The notes under the pieces: generated by a model
Told to the model about the DNA's origin: nothing
Database searches by the model: none
The model's input: the letters and a program-made list of their open reading frames with translations, nothing else
Translations under genes and position numbers: made by a program
Part shown: piece after piece, positions 27,000 through 36,931 of the stretch
Position numbering within the stretch: the stretch's first letter is position 1
Layout: each line of letters starts with the position of its first letter
Origin: a virus
Strand: one strand, 5' to 3'
DNA: 64,000 bases
IMG/VR virus record: IMGVR_UViG_3300033153_005812
Location: 11,915-75,914 of that record

Positions 27000-27421
27000 T
27001 TAAAGTTTACATAGGTGCGAGTTTTCCCAGACAAAAAGAAGCTCAACTACTGGCTCTAAGACTTTCCCCCATAGTAGAAATTGTCTCTACTTGGCATAGA
27101 GATGATTTGAAAGCTGTCCCGAGAGATGGCGAAGAATGTTTTCACAGAGTAATGAGGGATCTCTCCCAAGTTAAAGATTCAGATTTAGTTATCATCTTTA
27201 TCGGAGATGAACTCACTGGTGGAGGGAGACATACAGAGTTAGGTATAGCTATTGGAATGGGAAAGAATATAGCTATCATCGGAGAGTATGATTCTAATCC
27301 GTTCGAGCTTCTTCCTTATCTACATCCTTTCAGTTCAGCAGATAGTTTTGTAAAAGAACTGTTTTGTTTTCAAGATGATCTACAGACGCATCTCGATAAT
27401 TGGAGTCCAAAATTCAACTAA
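26996..27421 (+). CDS. nucleoside 2-deoxyribosyltransferase / NMP N-glycosidase-like protein
   Basis: KVYIGASF, DLSQVKDSDLV and GGRHTELGIA (catalytic Glu pattern). Confidence 0.7.
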   Translation: MIKVYIGASFPRQKEAQLLALRLSPIVEIVSTWHRDDLKAVPRDGEECFHRVMRDLSQVKDSDLVIIFIGDELTGGGRHTELGIAIGMGKNIAIIGEYDSNPFELLPYLHPFSSADSFVKELFCFQDDLQTHLDNWSPKFN

Positions 27422-27610
27422 AGTGGGAGAACAAAATGAAAGAACAATTTTTGTGTGCTTGCGGAACCAACCTGAAGTGTAATGGAATTTGTAGGGAGAC
27501 AAATTTGTTTCGTAAAAGGAGCAATCTAACTCGTATGAATCGTTGTCCTGCCGCTTATAAAGTGAGTAAGTTGCAAAGAAGAATCAAAAAATAAAATATC
27601 GGAGAACAAA

Positions 27611-27946
27611 ATGGAAAAGTTAACACGAGCAGAAAGAAAAGAACGCAAAAAAGCTGATCGAGTTCGAAGCGATGCTGTTGGTATATTCGCCGAAGCGATG
27701 CTGAGAAGATTGAAACGGCAAAATGAAAAAGACCAGCAAGGTGCTCTCCTCGGCCAGAAGAAAGACCACGATATTTGGTTCTACTTCAAAAGAATAAATG
27801 GAGAGCTCGGAGAACTGCGAGGAGCTTTGAAAAGATACGATATCAATCCTAACAGTGTGACCCGCGATGCTGTGTTAAGCGAATGCTGTGACATCGCTAA
27901 CTTCGCAGCCGCTGTCGCGGAGAAGGTCGCTGAAGGTATAAGCTGA
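27611..27946 (+). CDS. second MazG-like pyrophosphohydrolase
   Basis: GELGEL...ECCDIANFA (ExxE/ExxD). Confidence 0.6.
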   Translation: MEKLTRAERKERKKADRVRSDAVGIFAEAMLRRLKRQNEKDQQGALLGQKKDHDIWFYFKRINGELGELRGALKRYDINPNSVTRDAVLSECCDIANFAAAVAEKVAEGIS

Positions 27947-27949
27947 CCA

Positions 27950-28025
27950 AAGCCGTTCGGCTCACTGAGAGCAAACTGAGAACCCTGATGGTAGATGTGA
28001 GAGGCAACTGGGAGGCCTAAAAGGG
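27950..28025. repeat. GC-rich intergenic element with phased CTGAGA motifs
   Basis: GGCTCACTGAGAGCAAACTGAGA matches the reverse complement of 8845-8867 with one mismatch. Confidence 0.55.
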
Positions 28026-28032
28026 GATTAAA

Positions 28033-28656
28033 ATGAAGCAAGAAAGAGATAAATCATTCGTCTGGATTTCGTGGCTTGCAAAGTTACTCGCTGGAGAAAT
28101 TCAATGCGAATTCGCGTGTTGGTTCAAATGCCATTATAAGTACGATAAAATCCCAAATGATTTTAACCTTGTTCGTTGGACGATGGATCATAATCAGTTG
28201 GTTCATAAGACACGTGATGAATTAGAAAAGCAAGGTTATAAAGTCTTTATAGAAGACCAGAATGCTCTCAAGGTAGATATGCACGGAACTTGCGTTTCTG
28301 CAAAACCAGATATCGTAGCCATTAAAGACGACGAAAAGCTGGTTGTAGATTGTAAGACAGGCCGTTCGAAGAACAGCGATCACGTCCAAGTGATGCTCTA
28401 TATGATGTTCCTCGAAGGTGAAGATTGGAAGGGGCGGATAGTCTACAAGACGACCAGCATTCCAATACCGAGTGTAGCTTTGAACAAGAGTTTTACAGAT
28501 CTCGTAGAGAACACTGTTAAAAAACTTGGCTTTAATAACTCGACTCTTTCAAGGAGGGTTCCAAGCGAGAATGAATGTAGAAGGTGTGATATCACAAAGG
28601 AAGATTGTCCTGAGAGATTAGAGGATGATGGACAAGAACGCAAGCGATTCTTTTAA
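28033..28656 (+). CDS. PD-(D/E)XK nuclease, Cas4-like/RecB-like
   Basis: AKPDIV, VDCKTG, QVMLY, an N-terminal Cys and a C-terminal CRRC...C cluster. Confidence 0.75.
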   Translation: MKQERDKSFVWISWLAKLLAGEIQCEFACWFKCHYKYDKIPNDFNLVRWTMDHNQLVHKTRDELEKQGYKVFIEDQNALKVDMHGTCVSAKPDIVAIKDDEKLVVDCKTGRSKNSDHVQVMLYMMFLEGEDWKGRIVYKTTSIPIPSVALNKSFTDLVENTVKKLGFNNSTLSRRVPSENECRRCDITKEDCPERLEDDGQERKRFF

Positions 28657-28903
28657 TAGGGGATTATGATGAGAATTTTCGGTTTTATCTGTTTATCAGT
28701 TTTTGTTTTATCATTGACAGCAGTTGCAATTCTCTCTAATCGGAAGGAGAGAAAGAAAAGGAGACATAGAAAATGAAAGTAAAAAAGTTGAAACTTAAAA
28801 GGATGAAGGGACATAAATGGCGGAAGAAAATAGGCTGTTTTTTCTTTGGTCATCTATGGACTTTAGCACCTGATGGAAGTGGTGATGTATTCTGTGAAAG
28901 GGG

Positions 28904-29161
28904 ATGTGGAAAATGAAACCGATAATTCTAAATGAGTATGGCGAGTACGTATTACCTCTAAATGATACAGAGGAAAAACTTTCCTTCGGTTGTGCAACTC
29001 ACGGTGTTTGTGGGGGATTTGCAGATCTTAGTCGGGTGTCTAAAACTCATCAGGCTTTTCATTGCCGAATATGCAATTTTCGATTTGTATTTCCAATACA
29101 AATCGGTACGTGGAGAAAATTAAGACAGTATGCAGAAAAGATCGCACATTCCTGGTCGTGA
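28904..29161 (+). CDS. small Cys/His (zinc-ribbon-like) protein
   Basis: CATHGVC and CRIC motifs. Confidence 0.45.
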   Translation: MWKMKPIILNEYGEYVLPLNDTEEKLSFGCATHGVCGGFADLSRVSKTHQAFHCRICNFRFVFPIQIGTWRKLRQYAEKIAHSWS

Positions 29162-29221
29162 ATACCAACAACATAATACAACTGAATCGCCCTCCGAGAT
29201 ATTAACAGAAAGGAGATCAGA

Positions 29222-29578
29222 ATGACACCTGAAGAATTAGCAGAACTCTATCATAAATCTTATGAAGAACTGGCTCCTCATTTCAATTACGAGACAAGAA
29301 ATGAGAGTAAGAAACCTTGGAATGAGGTTCCTGAAAATAATAGAGAGTTGATGATCGCAGCCGCAAGAAGAGTTCTCTCTGTAATAAAGAGACAACAAAA
29401 GTTGACAGACTGTATGAGCGAATGTCATCTCATGGCGGAGCATGAACAATTAAAAAGGGATTTTATACTTTATGTTCAACACGCGGTTCTTTGCGAAAGT
29501 CGACTTAAAGATGCAGAGAACAACTCCTGTCCTTGCACCTGCGGTTTGGAAGAGATCTTACAGAGACTGAAAGGATAA
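29222..29578 (+). CDS. hypothetical phage protein
   Basis: AAGGAG RBS; C-terminal H...C...CTCG motif. Confidence 0.6.
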   Translation: MTPEELAELYHKSYEELAPHFNYETRNESKKPWNEVPENNRELMIAAARRVLSVIKRQQKLTDCMSECHLMAEHEQLKRDFILYVQHAVLCESRLKDAENNSCPCTCGLEEILQRLKG

Positions 29579-29783
29579 GAGATGGACCAAGAAGTGGAAA
29601 TAGCAAGGATGAAAATGTTAGAATACAAAGCAGATCCTAAAACTGCTAAGACAGAAGAGTGCAAAATGTGGACTGTTCGTTATTTGCAGTTAAGCATATT
29701 GCACAAGAGTTGGGTGTAGATTAAGAGCCATAAGAGGGGGTACTGGGTTTGAGAGCTGTTATCGGGGGTGATAGGGAATAAAA

Positions 29784-29839
29784 CGGCTTCCCCAGCGATC
29801 GCTCAGAGGTCGTACAGGAGTAAGTCGATATAATAAGGC
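29784..29839 (-). repeat. dispersed element, copy C (inverted, partial)
   Basis: CGGCTTCCCCAGCGATCGCTCAGAG is the exact reverse complement of the core of copies A, B and D. Confidence 0.8.
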
Positions 29840-30055
29840 CAACTCATCAGAGCACGAGGCTTGTGGGAGCGGGTTATTACACCCGGAGAAAAAGAATGAC
29901 AAAGAAAGAGTTAATTAAGCAGTTGCAAGAATTCAGTGATGATGACAAAATATGGCTTCATCATAAGTTGTTAGGTGAAGTTATGCCAGAAGAAATTTTC
30001 GTTCTATTAGAAGAAGTTGAATTTACCGCAGATGGAATCTTGTTAGAGGGTTGAA

Positions 30056-30343
30056 ATGAAAGTCAGGGAGAAAGAAAATCCAGAAGTAGTATTCTTCTCG
30101 TGTCTATTCAATGTTCACGCATACGGAGAGATATTAGGCTACGATGAAACATTCGGTTGTGATCTGTTCTATATCGAAGATCTCGAAGTCCTTCTTGAGA
30201 ACAGTACGTGCAATATGATGAATGGTGTATGGAAAGATATGCGACAGGCGTTCAAAGATCATGATCTAATTACAGATAATCACAATACTCGCTTCTTTGA
30301 GCCTGCAAATGAAGAGGATAGAAAGAGAGGCTTTACGATATGA
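30056..30343 (+). CDS. hypothetical protein
   Basis: 95 aa, GAGG RBS. Confidence 0.5.
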   Translation: MKVREKENPEVVFFSCLFNVHAYGEILGYDETFGCDLFYIEDLEVLLENSTCNMMNGVWKDMRQAFKDHDLITDNHNTRFFEPANEEDRKRGFTI

Positions 30344-31044
30344 GCGATGAAACAGCAGCAGCAAAGTTAGCACGAGTTAGAAAACAGTTCAGTAAGGATG
30401 TTTGTCAAGGAAATCGCTTTGACGTCGGTTCTATCTGTCGAAATAAACCTCCTGAAACTACAAATTTTATGAACGCTTGTTTGTCTTGCCGTCTGCTGGA
30501 GACTTGCAGATTGTTGTTTGTAGACAAAGGAAGGACTAAGATGGAAGATTCTAAGCGAGAAGAGAGGGATAAGAATATAAGGCGAATAGATGCACTTCTT
30601 GAAGAAGGTCAAAACCAAGAACAAGTAGTAAGTTCGCCCACCTATGCAGTATTGGAAAAGTACGGTTATCCGTGTAAACCATGTTTTCTGTGCATGTATT
30701 CGAATCCGAGTGATAATGGTAATTGTCTTCAGCGGCACTGGATGGATCAGTGTAACTTGCTTCAACTTTGGGAGAAACGGACAGCGATAGACAAACAACA
30801 GGCGAGAGAAGCTGAAAGACTACAAGAGTTTGAAAAGTGGTTCGCCGAAGCTGAGTTTCCAAGTTGGTATGAGCAGTATTATGGGAGAGGTGTGAAAGAT
30901 ATACATCGTAAGATTGTCGAGAAGGGATGGGAAGCCGCGTTAATATGGGTGATGAAATTAGGGATGAAGTATTATGGAAATGATTTTCTCACTGATATGA
31001 CAGAAATAAGCGACGATATAAGAAAAGAATTAGGAGAAGAATAA
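30340..31044 (+). CDS. Cys-rich protein with C-terminal FEKWF...KELGEE domain
   Basis: Several CxxC motifs; the C-terminus is paralogous to the next two ORFs. Confidence 0.55.
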   Translation: MSDETAAAKLARVRKQFSKDVCQGNRFDVGSICRNKPPETTNFMNACLSCRLLETCRLLFVDKGRTKMEDSKREERDKNIRRIDALLEEGQNQEQVVSSPTYAVLEKYGYPCKPCFLCMYSNPSDNGNCLQRHWMDQCNLLQLWEKRTAIDKQQAREAERLQEFEKWFAEAEFPSWYEQYYGRGVKDIHRKIVEKGWEAALIWVMKLGMKYYGNDFLTDMTEISDDIRKELGEE

Positions 31045-31045
31045 G

Positions 31046-31228
31046 ATGGAAGCCTTTGAAAAGTGGTTTGAAGAAGTCTATCGCGTTGACGACGTGAGTT
31101 ATATAGATGCTAAAGCAGCGTGGAAAGCTGCGTTAAGATGGGTCTTAGAAGATATTGAATCTTTTCAGTGTCTTTATGATAGATGGCTTGTAATGAAACG
31201 CATTGAAAAAGAATTAGGAGAAGAATAA
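31046..31228 (+). CDS. MEAFEKW-family paralogue
   Basis: 60 aa, bounded by 45-bp direct repeats. Confidence 0.6.
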   Translation: MEAFEKWFEEVYRVDDVSYIDAKAAWKAALRWVLEDIESFQCLYDRWLVMKRIEKELGEE

Positions 31229-31229
31229 A

Positions 31230-31556
31230 ATGGAAGCCTTTGAAAAGTGGTGGTCTGAAGCTGAATCTCAAATCAACCCAGATAGTTGCGAATCATTTAT
31301 TGATAAGTGGTTAGAAGAGATAGCGAAAAAAGCATGGGACGCTGCGATAGACAATTGTAATTTGGTGTCCGATGCAATTCGCAAGTCAGCGTTCACCGGT
31401 GAAGAAGTTCTGGAGATCTTAGATAACTTACAAAGAACACTGGAGAGAACCAGATTTCCAAAGGCGTTCTTCCTAAAGGCTGTCTTCAAAATAATGAAAA
31501 CCATGCCTACCGTCGAAAATATGATGAATGTAGCGAACAAAGATGAAGGAAAATAA
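31230..31556 (+). CDS. MEAFEKW-family paralogue
   Basis: Same N-terminus and RBS as the previous ORF. Confidence 0.6.
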   Translation: MEAFEKWWSEAESQINPDSCESFIDKWLEEIAKKAWDAAIDNCNLVSDAIRKSAFTGEEVLEILDNLQRTLERTRFPKAFFLKAVFKIMKTMPTVENMMNVANKDEGK

Positions 31557-31929
31557 GATGAATCATAGTGATTTTCAAAAGAAAGTAAGTGAGTTATTGA
31601 AAAACAAAGGATGCTGGCTCTTCAACATTCATGGTCATAGAATGCAAAAGAGAGGTGTCCCAGATCTATTAGTTATTGGTTTAAGGTGGAAGGGTTTTTT
31701 AGAGTTCAAAATCGGGCGAGATAAATGTTCGAGAGTCCAGCAAAATGAAATGGAAAAAATCGAGAGGAGAGGAATGCCATGTTACGTTCTACGATACGAT
31801 GAAGAAAACGATGCAATTCAAATAGAGAATAAGGGCGGTGATGAGCTGAATCTTGTAGTATGGGATGCGTTGTGGGACTGGCTAAAGAAGCACATCGGTG
31901 ATCCTAATTATCATTGGGAATTACCGTGA
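31543..31929 (+). CDS. VRR-NUC / Holliday junction resolvase-like nuclease
   Basis: GVPDLLV...FLEFK...SRVQ. Confidence 0.75.
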   Translation: MKENKMNHSDFQKKVSELLKNKGCWLFNIHGHRMQKRGVPDLLVIGLRWKGFLEFKIGRDKCSRVQQNEMEKIERRGMPCYVLRYDEENDAIQIENKGGDELNLVVWDALWDWLKKHIGDPNYHWELP

Positions 31930-32191
31930 AAATTATCGGCTCACTTAATATTAGTGTTGAGATTCTTTATAATTGGATTAGCGTTCGTAGAGCAATTTCG
32001 TTATGTAATCCTCGAAGCCAAAAAACTCTTCGTCATCTTTGGATTTTTGTTTTTCCGTTGTTCGTTGTTCATTTTTGGGTGAATCAAAAATGTAATGTCT
32101 GCGACGGTCAAGGTCACAGAGAAAGATATGACTTAGGAGCTTCGTTTGAAGGTCCTTGTCCAAATTGTAATGGAACTGGAAGGCAAACAAA

Positions 32192-32722
32192 ATGAAGAAT
32201 TATGTACTGGGATTTTTGTTTAACAAATCTCAAAAGACAGTCCTACTTATTGAAAAGAAAAGACCAAAATGGCAAGCCGGTCGTTGGAACGGAATCGGCG
32301 GTAAGATTGAGGAGACAGATACTACTCCCTTAGAAGCAATGAAAAGAGAAGCCTGGGAAGAAATTGGTCACGATGTTGATTGGACACACGTGCTTACAGT
32401 GGAACTGTTTCATCTGTCCGTCTTCGTCTATAAAGCTATCGATATTCCCGAACATGAAGCAATCTTCTTCGAGCAAAAAGAAGATGAATTACTAAAAGTT
32501 TGGCCGATAGATGCTCTTCCAGATGAAGTGATAAGCGATGTGAAATGGATGATACCTATCTGTCTTTCACCTCTCCAATTTCCGTTGATCATTCAGCAGG
32601 ACACTCCGGGATCTGAGTGTCAAGGTTCAACAGAAAAATGGACGTGTCCGAAATGCAATTATAAAAATTCTCCTGAAGATAAGATCTGTAAGGGTCATAC
32701 AGATTTTAGTACGATTAAGTAG
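32192..32722 (+). CDS. NUDIX hydrolase with C-terminal zinc ribbon
   Basis: Nudix box GGKIEETDTTPLEAMKREAWEEIG; WTCPKC...C. Confidence 0.85.
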   Translation: MKNYVLGFLFNKSQKTVLLIEKKRPKWQAGRWNGIGGKIEETDTTPLEAMKREAWEEIGHDVDWTHVLTVELFHLSVFVYKAIDIPEHEAIFFEQKEDELLKVWPIDALPDEVISDVKWMIPICLSPLQFPLIIQQDTPGSECQGSTEKWTCPKCNYKNSPEDKICKGHTDFSTIK

Positions 32723-32878
32723 GATTTTTCTAAAATCAATGAAAGAAGTTGAAGACAGTAGTCCACGATGTCTGGATCTATATCATTCCGTTGTTCGTTG
32801 TTCATATTTGGTAGGAGGTGAAAGATAACTTTTAGATCAACCAAACGTGCATCGACGATGAAAACCCGTAATTCTACA

Positions 32879-33095
32879 AGATTGCGGTTTACACGCAACG
32901 AGGTTTTAGATCTTGATTAGGCTTGGTAAACTACAAATAAAAAGAGGAAGTTGATGTAACTACTAATAACTGAACAATTTATAAAGATATGCGAGTCTGT
33001 TTGTGTGTGTGTGTTATACATAAGGGGATAAAGTTGGAGAAGAGATGGTAAGCTCTGGGGAGATTGAGAATGTCGCTGCGTGTAAACCGCAATCT
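32879..33095. repeat. non-coding segment bounded by 23-bp inverted repeats
   Basis: AGATTGCGGTTTACACGCAACGA (32879-32901) and TCGCTGCGTGTAAACCGCAATCT (33073-33095); 22/23 complementary. Confidence 0.8.
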
Positions 33096-33115
33096 ATGAA
33101 AAGTGGGGTGTTAGT

Positions 33116-33859
33116 ATGAATTACATTGAAGAAATATTCAGAGAAGCTGAACGAAAAAGAAAAGTTAATAATGAAGAACAATTAAGACTGCAATCTTATC
33201 TTGATGAAGAAGGAATGCCAGATATGACCTGTCCATCCTGCAGATGTTATATCGGCGATGATATGAAGAAATGGGTGAAAGGGATGCACGGTGTTTCTTA
33301 TGTTTGTAGAAAGTGTTATGAGAGGTTTGATAATTTACGGAAGACTCTACAAAGTAAACAAGGATTAAATGTAGGATCTCGTAGAAAAGAAAGTCAACCT
33401 CTATTTATATGTCCGTCTTGTAATAAAGAACGATCTCCTATTGTGGATAAGAAATTGACGATGAGAAAATGGTTAATAGATCCTGAAGACGGTTGGATCT
33501 GTATTTCTTGTAAGATAAGAAAGTATAGACAGATAAATGAAACAATAGGTTATACAAGTCAAATAGTTCTTCCTTATAATTTTTTGATAAATGGATGGTG
33601 TCTTAGAGTTGCACGGATGAGATTACAAGAACTATTGATGAAAGAAGAAGATCCAAAAGATAGGTTGAAGAAGATCAGTGTGGAAATCCTTGCTCAAGAA
33701 GCAGGAATGAAATCTAAATTCGACTGGTATCATTTAGAGAACGGTTCAACAAAGACGATAAAAAGATTAACTTGGGAACGCATTAAGTACGTTTTTCATA
33801 AGCACGGTCATGAAATAGAGGATTTAATGGAGAATTATAATGTGGCTGGAGACGAATAA
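33116..33859 (+). CDS. zinc-finger protein with C-terminal XRE-like HTH
   Basis: Four CxxC pairs; SVEILAQEAG...WYHLENG. Confidence 0.55.
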   Translation: MNYIEEIFREAERKRKVNNEEQLRLQSYLDEEGMPDMTCPSCRCYIGDDMKKWVKGMHGVSYVCRKCYERFDNLRKTLQSKQGLNVGSRRKESQPLFICPSCNKERSPIVDKKLTMRKWLIDPEDGWICISCKIRKYRQINETIGYTSQIVLPYNFLINGWCLRVARMRLQELLMKEEDPKDRLKKISVEILAQEAGMKSKFDWYHLENGSTKTIKRLTWERIKYVFHKHGHEIEDLMENYNVAGDE

Positions 33860-34036
33860 AAGGTCTCTTAAAAATTTTCCCGCACGAGCGAGAATCTTAG
33901 AAAGTCTTCTTCTCTTGTAGATCTTTTATCGTAGATTATAAATCTTCGAAAGGAAAATGATGAAAGATTATCACTCAGAAGAGGGAGAATAGATATAAAA
34001 TGATCTATCAAGACGACGTGAATCTTCAAAAGGAGG

Positions 34037-34270
34037 ATGACAATGTTAACACACTACGAATCGTTCTTTCATTATTTTGTAGGGTTGATCGTAGGAGGTT
34101 GGATCTGTCTTAGACATCTTTTTCCTATGATAGGAAGATGGAGTATCAATCGAATGGTTAGGCACTATTATCAAAAGGATGAGAAGAAACGATCATTATA
34201 TCATGAAAGATGGACTCAACAAGAAGATTGGGAGGTTGATGTAGGTAGAGAGGAGAGGGGTAAGTTGTAA
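34037..34270 (+). CDS. small membrane protein
   Basis: AGGAGG RBS; N-terminal hydrophobic helix. Confidence 0.5.
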   Translation: MTMLTHYESFFHYFVGLIVGGWICLRHLFPMIGRWSINRMVRHYYQKDEKKRSLYHERWTQQEDWEVDVGREERGKL

Positions 34271-34398
34271 GGATATAGAATTTTAGAAGGAAGATATAAC
34301 TCCAGTAATAATAGGTACTTATGTCTTAGAAAAAATTATATTTTTGTCCAAACTTTTTCTTCTGGGGGACGTATAACGCAACAGGTAACTTACAAATC

Positions 34399-34923
34399 AT
34401 GTCTGATACTCACTTAGTTTGTGACTTAGTAATAGACGCTGTTGTAGAATGGCTGGGAATGAAATACAGAAAGTCGCAGATTAAAGCAGAGCTCGCAGAG
34501 ATAAATGGCGGAGAACCATTAAACATCTGGACTTTCAATGCGATTGTAAAAGCTGCAAAAAAGAAGATACGAGATATCTATCATATAGACGCTGTTGAGT
34601 CAAAAGGAAGCTCTATTGAGTTTTATTCTGTAATTATTCGTAACCCTAAGATGCCTATAAAGTATAAGCTCATCGCTCAACAACGTCTTGATGCTCTTCT
34701 TGGTCTTGAGCATTTGGCGACAGATGATCCAAAGGTCTACGCTGAAAAGGTTACAGAAGCAATGAAAGCGATGGACGCTTCTGTTGATGGATCAGTGAAA
34801 GAAGATGAGAAAGTTAAATCTTCAAGTCCGTCTAAAGATGAGACACATAATGATCCTGGATTAGCTGAAGGTCTTAAAGACGTGGAGCTTAGTAACGATG
34901 GCCTTTCTTTGAAGAAGAGGTGA
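34399..34923 (+). CDS. putative terminase small subunit
   Basis: Helical HTH-like N-terminus, LDALLGL motif, just upstream of TerL. Confidence 0.5.
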   Translation: MSDTHLVCDLVIDAVVEWLGMKYRKSQIKAELAEINGGEPLNIWTFNAIVKAAKKKIRDIYHIDAVESKGSSIEFYSVIIRNPKMPIKYKLIAQQRLDALLGLEHLATDDPKVYAEKVTEAMKAMDASVDGSVKEDEKVKSSSPSKDETHNDPGLAEGLKDVELSNDGLSLKKR

Positions 34924-35119
34924 GATGAAAGTAATACCAGCACCATTAACGACTGAGGAACAAGAAGCTGTTGTTCAATCTAATTGTTTACCAGTTGAAC
35001 AGCGATGGCTTTTGGTTTTTGAAAGTGAGTTAGAAGCTCAGGATTTCATAGAGTACTTACGAAGACAGATGTATAACGAGGATGGTTCTTTGAAAACTGA
35101 ATAGCGAGGTTGTGGGACG

Positions 35120-36460
35120 ATGTCTGAGATCTTAACTCCAAGATGGACTCCGCTCATCCCACATAAAGAACAGATTAGGTTCTACAATTCACCGGCCCGT
35201 TTTAACATCGCTCACGCCGGACGTAGAGGAGGGAAGACAGAGCTCAGTAAGCGGAAGCTGATTAAGAGAGCGATAAAATGCACTCGTGGAGATGGCCGAT
35301 ATGTTTTCGGTGCTCCTACTCACATGCAGGCTGTAAAGATCTTTTGGGACGATACGGTTGCGATGGTTCCAAGATGGGCTTTACAAAACGGTCTACGATC
35401 TATTTCAAAATCCTTTAGACACGTTCAGTTGATGAACGGAGCAACGATTGAAGTTGCTGGTTTGGATAGACCGGAACGTATTGAAGGTCCTCCGCTTGAT
35501 GGATTTGTAGGTGATGAGTATGGAAACTTTAGGCGAGAGGTTTGGACTCAGCATGTTCGTCCTGCATTGTCTACTCTTGACCGCCCTGGATGGGCAGATC
35601 TTATTGGCGTCCCTGAAGGAAGGAACCACTACTTTCAATTAACACAAGATGTTAAGGACAAAGAAGACTGGGATATCTTCACTTGGAATACAGCGGAGAT
35701 AAACCCTGAAGAAGCTGAGTCTGCTCGTGGGGACTTAGATGAGTTGACTTATTCTCAGGAGTATGAGGGAGCTTTTGTATCTTTCAAAGGGAAAGCATAT
35801 TATGCGTTTGATCAAGAGTTGAGTTGTCCTCCAGACGGTGTGAGGGTAATATACGATTCACGTTATCCATTGATCTTTTGTCATGACTTTAATCGTGTCC
35901 CAGGAACATGCCTTATTGCTCAAGAGCTTCCTTGTCCTGATTGGTTGGTGAAAAGAAATAATGGACAGAATAGAGGAACCGTGACTTGTGCGATCGATGA
36001 AATCTTTCTACGACAAGATTCTAATACGGAGAAGGTGTGTGACATCTTAATTCAACGCTGGTCTCATCATACAGGTATTGTCTATCTACACGGGGATGCA
36101 ACTGGTGGAGCGAAGGTCTCGTCTGGTATTGCTGGGAGCGACTGGGACATTATAAAGAGTAAGTTGTCTTCTGTCTTTAATCTAAAAGAACGTTATCCTA
36201 AAGCTAATCCATCTATAAGAGTAAGAATCAATTCAACTAATTCCAGGTTACGATCGGCGGACGGATATGTAGGATGTATCGTCGATAAAAAAGGTTGTCC
36301 AATGTTGATACGAGACTTTGAAGCTGTAACTTGCAACGACGCAGGGGAAATAGAGAAGACTGAAGCTCTATTGACTCACATCTCAGATGCTTTTACGTAT
36401 TATCTTACAGAAGAGTATCCTTGTGGGGGTGGTCACAAATTCAGTAGTCAGTCTATTTAA
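35120..36460 (+). CDS. terL: terminase large subunit
   Basis: AGRRGGKT Walker A, VGDEY Walker B, GVPEG coupling motif, QEYEG and nuclease HDFN...GDATG...HISDA. Confidence 0.9.
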   Translation: MSEILTPRWTPLIPHKEQIRFYNSPARFNIAHAGRRGGKTELSKRKLIKRAIKCTRGDGRYVFGAPTHMQAVKIFWDDTVAMVPRWALQNGLRSISKSFRHVQLMNGATIEVAGLDRPERIEGPPLDGFVGDEYGNFRREVWTQHVRPALSTLDRPGWADLIGVPEGRNHYFQLTQDVKDKEDWDIFTWNTAEINPEEAESARGDLDELTYSQEYEGAFVSFKGKAYYAFDQELSCPPDGVRVIYDSRYPLIFCHDFNRVPGTCLIAQELPCPDWLVKRNNGQNRGTVTCAIDEIFLRQDSNTEKVCDILIQRWSHHTGIVYLHGDATGGAKVSSGIAGSDWDIIKSKLSSVFNLKERYPKANPSIRVRINSTNSRLRSADGYVGCIVDKKGCPMLIRDFEAVTCNDAGEIEKTEALLTHISDAFTYYLTEEYPCGGGHKFSSQSI

Positions 36461-36931
36461 CATAATGAAAAAGGGAAAAGATAAACAAGAATTCATCAGA
36501 GCTAAGAAAGCTCTAAAACAATGTATGTATGATCATGAAAAGACGAACTGTAGTGACTGCCGCTATAGTCGCTTTCAGCATTGTCAAGTTCTTTACGAGT
36601 ATGAGGAAGCGTGCAAAAAGGTTCGACGTGGTTGATGATAATCAGACAATCTTTGTAGGGCCGATCTACTCTATTATCCGCAGAGTTGGAGAAACGATTC
36701 GAGTATTCAATGTCTTTGCGGAAAATGAGATAAGTCTTCATATCTTTATGACTCGTTTCGTTGAGAATCGTGATGGTTTTCGTTATGATACATTCTTTCC
36801 GCACTATGTTATGTTAGAGACAAGACGAGTTGAGATAATCGAAGGTGGAGCAGTTGCAGTAAGTAAAGAGGGTGAGGAGAGTTGTATTCATGATTGGTTG
36901 ATGAAAGCATTAGAATAAAGGTTTATGTAAG

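Noticed and set aside
28033-28656. cas4 as part of a CRISPR-Cas system
   Set aside because: Stand-alone Cas4-like nucleases are common in phages; no other cas genes or array.
6840-36460. Introns or inteins in polymerase, RNR or terminase
   Set aside because: Reading frames are continuous and of normal length, with no intein or homing-endonuclease motifs seen.
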